The notes beneath the pieces were generated by a model. It made no database searches and was not told where the DNA came from. It saw nothing but the letters and a program-made list of their open reading frames with translations. A stretch of DNA of 63,309 bases, the filler included, from Candidatus Rokuibacteriota bacterium (GTDB lineage: Bacteria > JAUVQV01 > DATDCY01): assembly GCA_031406795.1 (NCBI GenBank). It is 5 parts of 5 records of this genome, joined end to end, with 100 filler letters (N's around TTAATTAATTAA, not from the genome) between each part and the next. Parts side by side here need not be neighbours in the genome. Positions count along the whole stretch, not along the records: positions 31,446 to 50,562 come from JANOHV010000100.1; 4 more parts are not named here. One strand, 5' to 3'. Positions within the stretch are counted from its first letter, which is position 1. Each line of letters begins with the position of its first letter. The position numbers and the translations under genes are program-made. Below, piece by piece: positions 40,741 through 50,662 of the stretch.

Positions 40741-43008
40741 TCAAACCCGCGCCCGACGCAGCCGCAAGGCGTTGCCGATCACCGACACCGAGCTGAGGCT
40801 CATCGCCGCGGCGGCGATCATCGGACTCAGCAGCATGCCGGAGAAGGGATAGAGCACCCCGGCCGCGATCGGCACGCCCAGCACGTTGTAGATGAAAGCG
40901 AAAAAGAGATTCAGTCTGATGTTCGCCATAGTCGCCCGGCTCAGTCGTCGCGCCCGCACGATGCCGCGCAGGTCGCCTTTGACGAGGGTCACGCCGGCGC
41001 TTTCCATCGCCACGTCGGTTCCCGTGCCCATGGCGATGCCGACCTGTGCCTGCGCCAGGGCGGGCGCGTCGTTGATGCCGTCGCCGGCCATCGCGACGAC
41101 CTTGCCCGCCGCCTGCAGATTCTTCACCGCCTCGGCCTTCTGATCCGGGAGCACCTCGGCCAGCACTTCGTCGATGCCGAGCTTCTTCGCGACCGCCTCC
41201 GCCGTCACCCGGTTGTCGCCGGTCAGCATGACGATGCGTATCCCCTCGTCATGGAGTTGCCGGATCGCCTCCGGGGTGGTCTCCTTGATCGGGTCGGACA
41301 CCGCCAGCAGGCCGGCGACCTTGCCGTCAACGGCTACGAACATGACGGTTTGCCCCTCCGCCCGGAGTACTTCCGCCTGCTCGGCTAGCCCGCCGGGGGC
41401 GATCTGAAACTGTTCCAGGAGTTTGGCGTTGCCCAGAAGCACCGTGCGCCCGTCGACCATGCCGGCGACGCCCTTGCCGGTGTGGGAGACGAATTCGACG
41501 ACCTCGCCCGTACCCGCGCCGCGCTCGCTCGCTCCGGCGACGATGGCGCTGGCGAGGGGATGCTCGCTGCCCTTCTCGACGCTCGCCGCAAGCCGCAGGA
41601 GGGTCGCCTCGTCCATGCCTGCCGACGTCACGACCTGCGTCACCTTCGGTTTGCCCTCGGTGAGGGTGCCCGTCTTGTCCACCACCAGGGTGTCGACCTT
41701 GCGCAGCGTCTCGATGGCCTCGGCGTTCCTGAAGAGCACCCCCAGCGTCGCGCCCTTGCCCGTTGCGACCATGATCGACATCGGCGTGGCGAGTCCCAGG
41801 GCGCAGGGGCAGGCGATGATCAGCACCGAGACCGCGGTGATCGAGGCGTAGGCCAGTCGCGGCTCGGGTCCCACGAAATACCAGACGAGAAAGGAGAGAG
41901 CGGCGATCGCAATCACGATCGGCACGAAATACCCCGAGACGACGTCGGCCAGCCTCTGGATGGGTGCGCGGCTGCGCTGGGCTGCTGCCACCATCTGGAC
42001 GATCCGCGCCAGCAGGGTCTCGGCGCCGACCTTTTCCGCTTTCATGACGAGGGTGCCGTTGGCGTTTACCGTGGCGCCGACCACTTTGTCGCCGGCGTGT
42101 TTCTCTACCGGGATCGGTTCGCCGGAAATCATGGACTCATCGATGCTGCTGGCCCCCTCGAGCACCTCGCCGTCCACGGGCACCTTCTCCCCGGGCCGGA
42201 TCCGGAGCCGGTCGCCGACCTGCACGTGCTCGAGCGGGATGTCGGCCTCCTCGCCATTGTCGGAGAGTTTCCTCGCGGTCTTGGGCGCGAGCCCGAGCAG
42301 GGCCTTGATCGCGGCGCCTGTTCTGCTGCGCGCCCGCAGTTCCAGGACCTGGCCGAGCAAGATCAGCGTGACGATCACCGCCGCCGCCTCGAAATAACCG
42401 GGCACCAGGCCCGTGTGGGTACGCATGGCAACCGGGTACAGACCCGGCGCGAGGAGTGCCACCAGACTGTAGAGATAGGCGACGGAAACGCCGAGCGCGA
42501 TCAGCGTGAACATGTTGAGGCTGCGATTGGCGACCGACTGGACACCCCTGGCGAAGAACGGCCACCCTGCCCACACAACGACCGGCGTCGCCAGAATAAA
42601 CTCCAGCCAGCCGAGGATCCCGCCGCCCACGACGGACTCGAGGGAGCGACCGCCGGGAATCATGCCGCGCATTGCGATCGCGACGAGAGGGACCGTGAGC
42701 ACGGCACCGACGATGAAGCGCCGGCGCATGTCGCGATACTCCGCGTCTTCCTCAATCCCCTCCGCCGTTGCGCCCCGGGGTTCCAATGCCATCCCGCACT
42801 TCGGGCAGATCCCCGGCGCGGGCTGCACCACTTCCGGGTGCATCGGACAGACGTACTCCGTCCGCTGGGGGGTGGCCGGAGCCGGTTCTTTCGGCTCGAG
42901 GGCCATCCCGCACTTCGGACAGATGCCCGGCCCGTCCTGAACGACCTCCGGGTGCATGGGGCAGGTGAACTGCCGAGGAGCTATCGTCGTTCGCCGCTCG
43001 CTCGTCAT
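40741..43008 (-). CDS. copA: P1B copper-translocating ATPase with two HMBD repeats
   Basis: 2x [40 protein letters not shown] and MSLSS. Confidence 0.93.
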   Translation of the reverse strand: MTSERRTTIAPRQFTCPMHPEVVQDGPGICPKCGMALEPKEPAPATPQRTEYVCPMHPEVVQPAPGICPKCGMALEPRGATAEGIEEDAEYRDMRRRFIVGAVLTVPLVAIAMRGMIPGGRSLESVVGGGILGWLEFILATPVVVWAGWPFFARGVQSVANRSLNMFTLIALGVSVAYLYSLVALLAPGLYPVAMRTHTGLVPGYFEAAAVIVTLILLGQVLELRARSRTGAAIKALLGLAPKTARKLSDNGEEADIPLEHVQVGDRLRIRPGEKVPVDGEVLEGASSIDESMISGEPIPVEKHAGDKVVGATVNANGTLVMKAEKVGAETLLARIVQMVAAAQRSRAPIQRLADVVSGYFVPIVIAIAALSFLVWYFVGPEPRLAYASITAVSVLIIACPCALGLATPMSIMVATGKGATLGVLFRNAEAIETLRKVDTLVVDKTGTLTEGKPKVTQVVTSAGMDEATLLRLAASVEKGSEHPLASAIVAGASERGAGTGEVVEFVSHTGKGVAGMVDGRTVLLGNAKLLEQFQIAPGGLAEQAEVLRAEGQTVMFVAVDGKVAGLLAVSDPIKETTPEAIRQLHDEGIRIVMLTGDNRVTAEAVAKKLGIDEVLAEVLPDQKAEAVKNLQAAGKVVAMAGDGINDAPALAQAQVGIAMGTGTDVAMESAGVTLVKGDLRGIVRARRLSRATMANIRLNLFFAFIYNVLGVPIAAGVLYPFSGMLLSPMIAAAAMSLSSVSVIGNALRLRRARV

Positions 43009-43026
43009 CGAGAGACCGCCATCGCC

Positions 43027-43239
43027 CTAGTGATGCTGCTCATGCTCGGAGTTTGGCTGTGGCGCGGCGCCGGCCGGCGGTGCTGCCGCTGCCGACGGTG
43101 CGCTCTCGCTCATCCCCTGCCGGGCCTCGGGCGGGGACGGCGCGTCGCTGCCACTCATTCCCGTGCCCATCATTTGCGCCGACGCAACGCCGGGCGCCGC
43201 CAAGAGGACAACAACTGCTGCGAGCACATACCGTTTCAT
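43027..43239 (-). CDS. small exported protein with His-rich tail
   Basis: Signal peptide, QMMG, C-terminal SEHEQHH. Confidence 0.65.
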   Translation of the reverse strand: MKRYVLAAVVVLLAAPGVASAQMMGTGMSGSDAPSPPEARQGMSESAPSAAAAPPAGAAPQPNSEHEQHH

Positions 43240-43286
43240 CTCTATCCCCCTTGTTGTCAGGGAAGACGGCACCCTACGTCTCTAAG

Positions 43287-43301
43287 GCATCAACTGTGCC
43301 A
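43287..43301 (-). promoter_or_regulatory. sigma54 -24/-12 promoter
   Basis: TGGCACAGTTGATGC on minus strand about 50 nt before the first gene of the copA run. Confidence 0.7.
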
Positions 43302-43331
43302 TTGCCTGATCCGGATGAGGCGCGCACTACA

Positions 43332-43344
43332 CAACTGCTTGATA
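43332..43344 (-). promoter_or_regulatory. IHF binding site
   Basis: TATCAAGCAGTTG matches WATCAAnnnnTTR just upstream of the sigma54 site. Confidence 0.65.
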
Positions 43345-43609
43345 AGCTTTGCAATATTCAGTGCGGCCACAGGGAAAACCAGGGGGAAGCTCGGGCTCCA
43401 CAGTCACATTTTGAGACGCTTGATCGGGTCCACCGCGTTTCAGAATTTCCGAATCGGGGCCGGAATTCACAAGAAATTATTGGCATTCTTTCTGGGCGGC
43501 GTCGTCGAACCCGGGAATAGTTGTCTCGTAATTGAATTTCGGCTCATTTGACACAACTGCACTCGCTGCAACCCCGGTCGCACAATGCCTCACGTCAGCG
43601 AACGCCCGA

Positions 43610-44668
43610 CTACGACGCGAGATCGTCGGGATCTCGCGCAGGCAACGACGCCGCATCCTTGACCGGCCAGACGCGGAAGTACCTGCCCCCCTTTTGACCC
43701 ACCCCGATCGCCCCTTTCGCCAGGTAGAGCGCCCAGGCCCAGTCCGGTTCGAAGACGCTCGTCGTCGACGACCAGTATTCCTCGTCGACACTGCGGAACG
43801 GGTGCGGCGCCGGCAGGGCGGGAGAGTGGCGGGCGCAGTCCACCAGGGATTCAAGTTCGTTGATGTTCGGTAGTCGCCAACCTTCGGACGTTCCAGCGTT
43901 GCGGTTGAGGGTCCTGACCGCCTCAAGCGCCTCCGCCCAAATGACCGGCCCGCCGCAGAGGTCGGCATCACGCCTCCAGCAAAGCCCGGTCAGCAAATCG
44001 ATGACCCCGTCCTCCGAAGTGCGGAATCTGGGATCGGGCCAGGGGCGCCCCAGGCGCAGTTCGCCGTCTTGTCCGGTCCTCTGGCAGGGCACCTCCGCAC
44101 CCGACTCGTCGAAGCAGTGCTCTTGTCCGGTCCGCAAGACGACTTCCGTCTGGCCGCAAACCGGCCAGAGCAGGGCGAAGCGCTGCTTGTGCCCGTAGAA
44201 CATCCGTGCTCCCGCGAGGTGCACATACCAGGCGAATGCCGGACTGATCGCCGCCGTGGTCGAGGTCCAATACCAACCCTGGAAAAGGTTGCGGAAGGGA
44301 TGCCCCGCCGGAAGGGCCGGACGCGACTCCTGGTGACTGAGCAAGCTGCGCAACTCGCGCCGGTTCGGCACTCGCCAGTCGCGGCGGCCGAAAGCGGCAT
44401 CCCGGTTCATCGCGGCTGTCGTCTCGAACGCTTCGTGCCAGCCGACGGGATACTGTGCCGGATTGGCATCTCCAGACCAGGTTAGGCCGGTCAGGCAGTC
44501 CGTCACGACCTCCCCGTCCACGACAAAGCGGGGTTCGGGCCAGGGCCGGCCGATCAGAAGCTCAGCGTCCTGAGCGCTGCCGGGGCAGGAAATCTCCCGC
44601 CCGCCCGGGCTGTAACAGCGGAGCTGCCCCGTGCGGAGCAGGCACTGAGGGTCCTGGGATACCTTCAC
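43610..44668 (-). CDS. DUF1566 tandem-domain protein, copy 2
   Basis: Same motifs as copy 1; GTG overlaps the regulator stop codon. Confidence 0.88.
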   Translation of the reverse strand: MKVSQDPQCLLRTGQLRCYSPGGREISCPGSAQDAELLIGRPWPEPRFVVDGEVVTDCLTGLTWSGDANPAQYPVGWHEAFETTAAMNRDAAFGRRDWRVPNRRELRSLLSHQESRPALPAGHPFRNLFQGWYWTSTTAAISPAFAWYVHLAGARMFYGHKQRFALLWPVCGQTEVVLRTGQEHCFDESGAEVPCQRTGQDGELRLGRPWPDPRFRTSEDGVIDLLTGLCWRRDADLCGGPVIWAEALEAVRTLNRNAGTSEGWRLPNINELESLVDCARHSPALPAPHPFRSVDEEYWSSTTSVFEPDWAWALYLAKGAIGVGQKGGRYFRVWPVKDAASLPARDPDDLAS

Positions 44669-46056
44669 GACTGAACTGTTTCGGGTGGCTTTCGCGGCAG
44701 CGAGAATTTCTCCATCCGATAAAGAAGCAGGTGTCGGGGTACCTTGAGCAGCTGCGCGGCGCGGCTCTGGTTCCAGCCACTCCTGCGCAGCGCTTCCAGG
44801 ACGATAGCCTTCTCGGCCTCCTCCAGCGACAACCCCTCCTCGGGAAACGTGAACGAGAAACCCGAAGTGTCCTGTCCGGTCCCGGATGGGCGCGGGGCGC
44901 GGATCTTCTCCGGCAGGTCTTCGAGGCGGATGACGTCGGCATCGCCGAGCACGAGCAGGCGCTCGACGTTGTTCTCGAGCTCGCGCACGTTGCCCTTCCA
45001 GGGGTGGCGCTTGAGGGCGTCCATCGCCTCTCGGCTCACCGTGACCTTCCGGTCCCCGCCGAGCGTCCGCAGGAAATGCGCGACAAGCAGCGGTATGTCC
45101 TCGGGGCGCTCTCGCAGGCTCGGCAGGTGGATCGGCACCACGGCCAGCCGATAGAAGAGGTCCTCGCGGAACCGCCCCTCGGCGACGTCGCCCTCGAGGT
45201 CGCGGTTGGTGGCGGCGATCACCCGGGCCTCGAAGCGCAGTGCGCCGTTGCCGCCCACCGGCGTGAACTCCCGCTCCTGCAGCGCGCGCAGCAGTTTTGC
45301 CTGCAGCTCGACGGGCAGGTCCGCGATCTCGTCGAGCAACAGGGTGCCGCTCCCGGCCTCTTCGAAGCGCCCCATCTTGTCGCGCACGGCGCCGGTGAAG
45401 GCGCCTTTTTTGTGGCCGAACAGCTCGCTCTCGAGAAGCTCGCGCGGAATCGCGGCGCAGTTGACGGCCACGAACGGCTTGTCGGCCCGCAGGCTCCGGT
45501 AGTGAATGGCCTTGGCGACGAGTTCCTTGCCGGTGCCGCTCTCCCCGGTGATCAGCACCGAGGCGTCGGAGTCGGCCACTTTCTCGATCACCCTGAACAC
45601 CTGCTGCAGCAGCGGCGAGTCGCCGACGATGTTCCCGAGACCGTACTTCTTCTCGACCTCGCGCCGCAGACGCGCGTTGTCGTGCTCCAGGCTCTTGAGC
45701 CGCAGCGCCTTGCGGACGGCGAGCGAGAGTTCGTCGCGGTTGAACGGCTTGGCGACGTACTCGAAGGCGCCGGCTTTCATCGCCTCGACGGCCATCGCGA
45801 TCGTGCCGAAGGCGGTGATGACGATGACCTGGGTCTCGGGGGAGGCCTGTCGCACGCGCCGCAGCAGGTCCATGCCGTCCATCCCCGGCATCTTGATGTC
45901 GGTGATCAGCAGGTCGACGCGCTCGGCGCCCAGCAGCGCGAGCGCCTTCTCGCCGGAGTCCGCGGTGAGGACGGCGTAGCCCTCCTTGGCGAGGTTGTAC
46001 TCCAGCACCCGTCGCAGGCTCGCGTCGTCGTCGACAACCAGGATTCGTTCAGTCAT
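44665..46056 (-). CDS. sigma54-dependent response regulator (NtrC/ZraR-like)
   Basis: REC, GESGTGKE, GAFTGA, WKGNVREL, Fis HTH. Confidence 0.95.
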   Translation of the reverse strand: MTERILVVDDDASLRRVLEYNLAKEGYAVLTADSGEKALALLGAERVDLLITDIKMPGMDGMDLLRRVRQASPETQVIVITAFGTIAMAVEAMKAGAFEYVAKPFNRDELSLAVRKALRLKSLEHDNARLRREVEKKYGLGNIVGDSPLLQQVFRVIEKVADSDASVLITGESGTGKELVAKAIHYRSLRADKPFVAVNCAAIPRELLESELFGHKKGAFTGAVRDKMGRFEEAGSGTLLLDEIADLPVELQAKLLRALQEREFTPVGGNGALRFEARVIAATNRDLEGDVAEGRFREDLFYRLAVVPIHLPSLRERPEDIPLLVAHFLRTLGGDRKVTVSREAMDALKRHPWKGNVRELENNVERLLVLGDADVIRLEDLPEKIRAPRPSGTGQDTSGFSFTFPEEGLSLEEAEKAIVLEALRRSGWNQSRAAQLLKVPRHLLLYRMEKFSLPRKPPETVQS

Positions 46057-47245
46057 GCGGCCTCACCTCCGTGTCCGCGCCGGCCGCCGGGAGCGAGAGC
46101 GTGAACCGCGCGCCGCCGCCCGGCCGGTTTTCCGCCCTGAGGGCGCCCCCGTGAGCCTCCGCGATGCGCAGGCTGATGGCGAGCCCGAGCCCGGTCCCCT
46201 CGGGCCTCGTGGTGTAGAAGGGCAGGAAGACCTTCGCCAGGTCCGTCTCGGGGATGCCCGGTCCCTCGTCGTCGACGACGACCTCGACCAGGCGTCCTTC
46301 AACGTCGCGGTACTCGAGGCCCTTGACCAACCCGACACGCACGGCGCCGCTCACGCTGATCCCGCCCCCGGGCTCAGTCGCCTGCGCCGCGTTCAGCAGC
46401 AGGTTCAGCAGGACCTGCTTGAGCTGCACCGGATTCCCCCGGACGGGCAGCGGCGCGCCGATCGCCGTGGTCAGCCGCACGCCCCGCCGCGCAGTCTGGA
46501 CGCCGACCAGCGCGGCCGTCTGCCGGGCCAGTTCCCCGAGGTCGAAATACGCCGTCGCCCCTTCCGCCGCCTTCGACCGCGCCAGGCCGAGGTACTCCTC
46601 GACGACCTTGTTCAGCCGGTCGGTCTCCTTGAGCAGGATCTCGAAGAACTCCGCTTTCGGGGAGTTCGCCGGGAAATCCTCCTTAAGTATTTCGACGGTC
46701 CCCCTGATCGACGAAAGCGGGTTGCGGATCTCGTGCGTGATCGTCGCGGCGAGTTCGCCCACGGCGGCGAGCCGGTCGGCGCGGCGCATCTGGCCCTCGA
46801 TCTCCAGGATCATGTCGGCCTGGCGCCGCAGTTCCTGGTAGGAGTCCTCAAGTTGCCCCGCGATCTGCTCGCTCCGCAGACGGTACCGGCGTTCCCGGCC
46901 GGCGAAGTGGCCGATGAGCGTGGAGAACGCGAAGTACTGCGCGATCTCCATGAACTGGTTCGCGATTTCGCGACCCATGTGCTGCCAGTGCAGCAGGATG
47001 TGGGGGGCATAGAGCACCGCCACCGCCGCCGAGGCGACCACGCCGCCGCGCACCCCGAACCAGACGGCGGCCAACCCCACCGGGATGTAATAGAGTCGCC
47101 GGTAGAAATCGTGGAGCAGCGGGATCGAGGTGACGGTCGCGTAATGCAGTGCGGAAACCCCGAGCACGAGTAGGACGACGGTCACGATCTGGCGTCGCGC
47201 ATTCCCGGTGCCGCTGGCGGCAGGCAGGCTCTGCTCGAGCGTCAT
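46049..47245 (-). CDS. intramembrane-sensing histidine kinase
   Basis: 4 TM with several His (LHY, LHD, PHILLHW), THEIRNPL, GTGLGL. Confidence 0.9.
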   Translation of the reverse strand: MTLEQSLPAASGTGNARRQIVTVVLLVLGVSALHYATVTSIPLLHDFYRRLYYIPVGLAAVWFGVRGGVVASAAVAVLYAPHILLHWQHMGREIANQFMEIAQYFAFSTLIGHFAGRERRYRLRSEQIAGQLEDSYQELRRQADMILEIEGQMRRADRLAAVGELAATITHEIRNPLSSIRGTVEILKEDFPANSPKAEFFEILLKETDRLNKVVEEYLGLARSKAAEGATAYFDLGELARQTAALVGVQTARRGVRLTTAIGAPLPVRGNPVQLKQVLLNLLLNAAQATEPGGGISVSGAVRVGLVKGLEYRDVEGRLVEVVVDDEGPGIPETDLAKVFLPFYTTRPEGTGLGLAISLRIAEAHGGALRAENRPGGGARFTLSLPAAGADTEVRPHD

Positions 47246-47463
47246 CGCGTCACTATAGCCATCACCCGCCGCCTTGGATAGGGGGAGCCGGCGGCGCCGC
47301 GGGGTCTTTCACGCATTCGTCGCTTGACATGCCGGCCCGGTCATCCCAAGATTCCCCTGCGAGCACAATTATGGACCCAGGCCATGTCACGCCCCCGCTC
47401 TCGCGGCCGCCGCTCGTCCGACCCGAGCGCGCCATCGACCAGGCCGCCTGAGTTCACCCGCCG

Positions 47464-48954
47464 ATGCGCGACTCAGCCCTGCTCGAAGTGCTGCTGGTCA
47501 AGGCCGTCGAGGAGGCGGACCGCAGCGGCAGCCTGATCCCGTTCGGCGACCGGGAGCGCGCCGCGCGCGAAGCGCTGCGATCGGCCGGGCTCGGCTCCGG
47601 CGAGATCGCCGCCGGTCGCAATTCGCCCGCCTTTGAACAGGCGCTCGCCGCCCGCGCCGCGAGCCTCGCCGGACCGCTGCTCGAGCGCCACCCGGTGCTC
47701 CGGGCCGTGCTCCGGCGGTGCCGTCCCCCGGCGTGGGTGGGACTCGCCCTGTTCGCGGCCGTCTTCGCGACCGGGGCCGGGCTTTCGGCGCTCGACGGCT
47801 CGCGACGGATCAACATCCTGGCTCCGCCGGTCCTCGGCCTGATCCTTTGGAATCTCGCGGTGTACCTCCTGCTCGCGATCGGCGCACTCCGCAGCCTGGG
47901 CGCCGGCGCGAGCGGCCGGCCGCCGTTCACCCGATCCTTCGTGAAAGCGATCGGGCGACGGCTCGCCCCGCTGCTCGCCAAGACCGCCGACGTCGACACG
48001 CTGCTCGGCGACGCCGTCCGTCGGTTCGCCGCAGACTGGTGCGGGGCGGCGGCGCCGCTGCTCGGCCAGCACCTGAGGCGCTGGTTCCACATCGGGGCCG
48101 CAGCGCTCAGCGCCGGGCTCATCTGCGGGCTCTATCTGCGTGGACTCGTCCTGCGCTACGAAGCCGGGTGGGAGAGCACGTTTCTCGAGCCGGCGCAGGT
48201 CAAGAGGCTGGTCGACCTGCTGTTCGGACGCATCGCCGCCTGGGCCGGCATCCAGCTGCCGCAGACAATCGAGGAGGTGGCGAAGTTGCGCTGGGACGCG
48301 GGGGGCGGCGGCGGTGCGGCCGCCTCATGGATTCACCTGATCGCTTTGCTGCTGACGGCCATCGTCCTGGTCCCCCGGCTCACCCTCGCGTCGATCGCCT
48401 GGCTCTCCGGCCGACGACTCCGCGGGTCCGGCCATCTTCCCGGCGACATTGTCGCGTACGCCCGACTCGCCTTCGGCGCGGGGCAGCAGGTGCCGGTTGC
48501 CGTCAGCGTCACGCCGTACGCCTTCGAGCCGCCTCCCGGCACCGTGGAGCAGCTCGCCGTGCTCCTGCGGCCGACCCACGGGCGCGGCGTTCAGCCGGAG
48601 CTGCGGGCGCCGATCGCCTACGGCGACGAACGTTCCATCCCGTCGGCTTTCGACGCCGACGCGCATCGCGTCGGCGGGCGGGTGCTGCTGATGAATCTGT
48701 CGTCGACGCCGGAGACCGAGAACCACGGCGCCGCGATCGTCGCCGCGCGCGACCACACCCGGCGGGTCCGGCCTGAACAACGGCTGCTCGTCGTCCTCGA
48801 CGAGTCGGCGTACGCTTTGCGTTTTGCCCAGGCGGCCGCACCCGCCGGGCGCATCGAGGAACGTCGCCGCCTGTGGCGCGCGTTCGTCGACGGGTACGGC
48901 GTCGAGGTCGCATTCACGCACGAGTCGGGCGCGCCGCCCGAGCCGGGAGCGTGA
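47464..48954 (+). CDS. DUF2868-like membrane protein
   Basis: RINIL, Y.AGWESTFL, VPRL, TPE.ENHG; paired with DUF3482 GTPase. Confidence 0.7.
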   Translation: MRDSALLEVLLVKAVEEADRSGSLIPFGDRERAAREALRSAGLGSGEIAAGRNSPAFEQALAARAASLAGPLLERHPVLRAVLRRCRPPAWVGLALFAAVFATGAGLSALDGSRRINILAPPVLGLILWNLAVYLLLAIGALRSLGAGASGRPPFTRSFVKAIGRRLAPLLAKTADVDTLLGDAVRRFAADWCGAAAPLLGQHLRRWFHIGAAALSAGLICGLYLRGLVLRYEAGWESTFLEPAQVKRLVDLLFGRIAAWAGIQLPQTIEEVAKLRWDAGGGGGAAASWIHLIALLLTAIVLVPRLTLASIAWLSGRRLRGSGHLPGDIVAYARLAFGAGQQVPVAVSVTPYAFEPPPGTVEQLAVLLRPTHGRGVQPELRAPIAYGDERSIPSAFDADAHRVGGRVLLMNLSSTPETENHGAAIVAARDHTRRVRPEQRLLVVLDESAYALRFAQAAAPAGRIEERRRLWRAFVDGYGVEVAFTHESGAPPEPGA

Positions 48955-50394
48955 ATGGCGACCATCGACCTGAGCCTGATCTCGCACACGAACATCGGCA
49001 AGACGACGCTCGCCCGCACGCTGTTGCGCCGCGACATCGGCGAGATCCGCGACGGCGCCCACGTCACCGACGCGGCCACCGGCTACACGCTGATCGAATC
49101 GCCCGAGGGCGACACGCTGCGGCTCTGGGACACCCCGGGGTTCGGCGACAGCGCGCGCCTGCTCCGGCGGCTGAACCAGAGCGGCAACCCGCTCGGCTGG
49201 TTGCTGGCTCAGGTCTGGGACCGCTACGTTGACCGGCCGTTCTTCAGCAGCCAGCTGGCGGCGCGCAACGTTCGCGACGTGGCCGACGTCGTGCTCTATC
49301 TCGTGAATGCGGCGGAGGACCCGGCGGGCTCCGGCTATCTGGACCCGGAAATGCAGGTCCTCGGCTGGACGGGCAAGCCGGTTCTCGTCCTGTTGAATCA
49401 ACTCGGTCCGCCGCGCCCGGCCGAGCAGGAGCGCGCCGAGCTCGAGCGCTGGGCCGCCCATCTGCGCGGCTACCCGTGGGTGCGCGGCGCGCTGGCGTTC
49501 GATGCCTTCGCGCGCTGCTGGGTCAAGGAGCACGCGCTGCTCGAGCACATCGCCGCCGCGCTGCCCGAGGGCGCCCGCGAGACGTTCGCGCGGCTCGGCG
49601 CAGCCTGGCGCGCCCGCAACGAAGAGGTGTTCCGACGCTCGGTCGACCTGCTGGCGACGGAACTTGCCGCGGTCGCCGGCGACGGCGAGGAGGTCGCGAC
49701 ACCGACGCTCGGCGCGACGGCCCGGGCCTGGCTCGCCGGCTTTGTCCGCGGGGAAAGCGCCGGCTCCGGCGCCGGCATTGCTGCGGCAATGCAGGCGCTC
49801 GCCGGGCGCGCCGATGCGCGCATCCGCCTGGCGACCGACGGGCTGATCGCCCTGCACGGGCTCGCGGGCAGTGCCGCCGCGCAGATCCGCGCGCGCGTCG
49901 CGACGGACTTCGTCGTCGATGCCGCCGCCGACGCCGGCAAGGCCGGGGTGATCGGCGCCGCCGTCTCCGGCGCTCTCGGCGGGCTGGCAGCGGACCTTGC
50001 CGCGGGCGGCCTGACGTTCGGCGCCGGCGCGCTGATCGGCGGCCTCCTCGGTATCGCCGGCGCGCGCGGTCTCGCGCAGGCCTACAACCTGATGCGCGGC
50101 GCGGACACTTCGACCGTCCGCTGGAGCGACGGCGTGCGATCGAAGCTCGTCGCCGCGGCCGGCCTGCGCTACCTCGCCGTCGCGCACTTCGGGCGCGGGC
50201 GCGGCGATTATGTCGAGAGCGAATACCCGGCGCACTGGCGCCCCGGGGTCGAGGCCGCGGTCGGCGCGGAGTCGGCGGCGCTCGCGGCGATCTGGGCGGC
50301 TGCGGATCGCGGCGAAGCGCCCGAGCAGCTCGCGCAGCCGTTGCGCGCGGTCGTCGAACGGGTGCTGCGCTCGCTGCTGGCGAATCTCTCCTGA
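48955..50394 (+). CDS. DUF3482-containing P-loop GTPase
   Basis: SHTNIGKT, DTPGFGD, FDAFARCW, Gly-rich AGGLTFGAG segment. Confidence 0.8.
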   Translation: MATIDLSLISHTNIGKTTLARTLLRRDIGEIRDGAHVTDAATGYTLIESPEGDTLRLWDTPGFGDSARLLRRLNQSGNPLGWLLAQVWDRYVDRPFFSSQLAARNVRDVADVVLYLVNAAEDPAGSGYLDPEMQVLGWTGKPVLVLLNQLGPPRPAEQERAELERWAAHLRGYPWVRGALAFDAFARCWVKEHALLEHIAAALPEGARETFARLGAAWRARNEEVFRRSVDLLATELAAVAGDGEEVATPTLGATARAWLAGFVRGESAGSGAGIAAAMQALAGRADARIRLATDGLIALHGLAGSAAAQIRARVATDFVVDAAADAGKAGVIGAAVSGALGGLAADLAAGGLTFGAGALIGGLLGIAGARGLAQAYNLMRGADTSTVRWSDGVRSKLVAAAGLRYLAVAHFGRGRGDYVESEYPAHWRPGVEAAVGAESAALAAIWAAADRGEAPEQLAQPLRAVVERVLRSLLANLS

Positions 50395-50499
50395 GAGCCG
50401 AGGCGCGGAGGCGCTCGAACGCGACGCACTCGACATCACGACTGCGACGTTTTTGTGAACATGCTGCCCGAGTCACGCGGGAGCGTCAGGACGCGTCTT

Positions 50500-50550
50500 G
50501 GCAAGGCAGTGACGAGTGTGCGCGGAGGCGGGCTCGTGCCCGCCGCACAA
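50500..50550. repeat. partial family-A-like repeat at contig end
   Basis: GCAAGGC..GAGGCGGGCTCGTGCCCGCCGCA shared with other copies. Confidence 0.55.
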
Positions 50551-50562
50551 GCAGCACGAGGA

Positions 50563-50662
50563 NNNNNNNNNNNNNNNNNNNNNNNNNNNNNNNNNNNNNN
50601 NNNNNNTTAATTAATTAANNNNNNNNNNNNNNNNNNNNNNNNNNNNNNNNNNNNNNNNNNNN
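50563..50662. other. artificial contig linker
   Basis: N-run flanking TTAATTAATTAA. Confidence 0.98.

Noticed and set aside
42768-42970. Direct repeat at the copA 5' end
   Set aside because: Explained by two coding heavy-metal-binding domain repeats.
35393-44668. Diversity-generating retroelement involving DUF1566
   Set aside because: No reverse transcriptase; both copies are full genes and differences are not adenine-specific.
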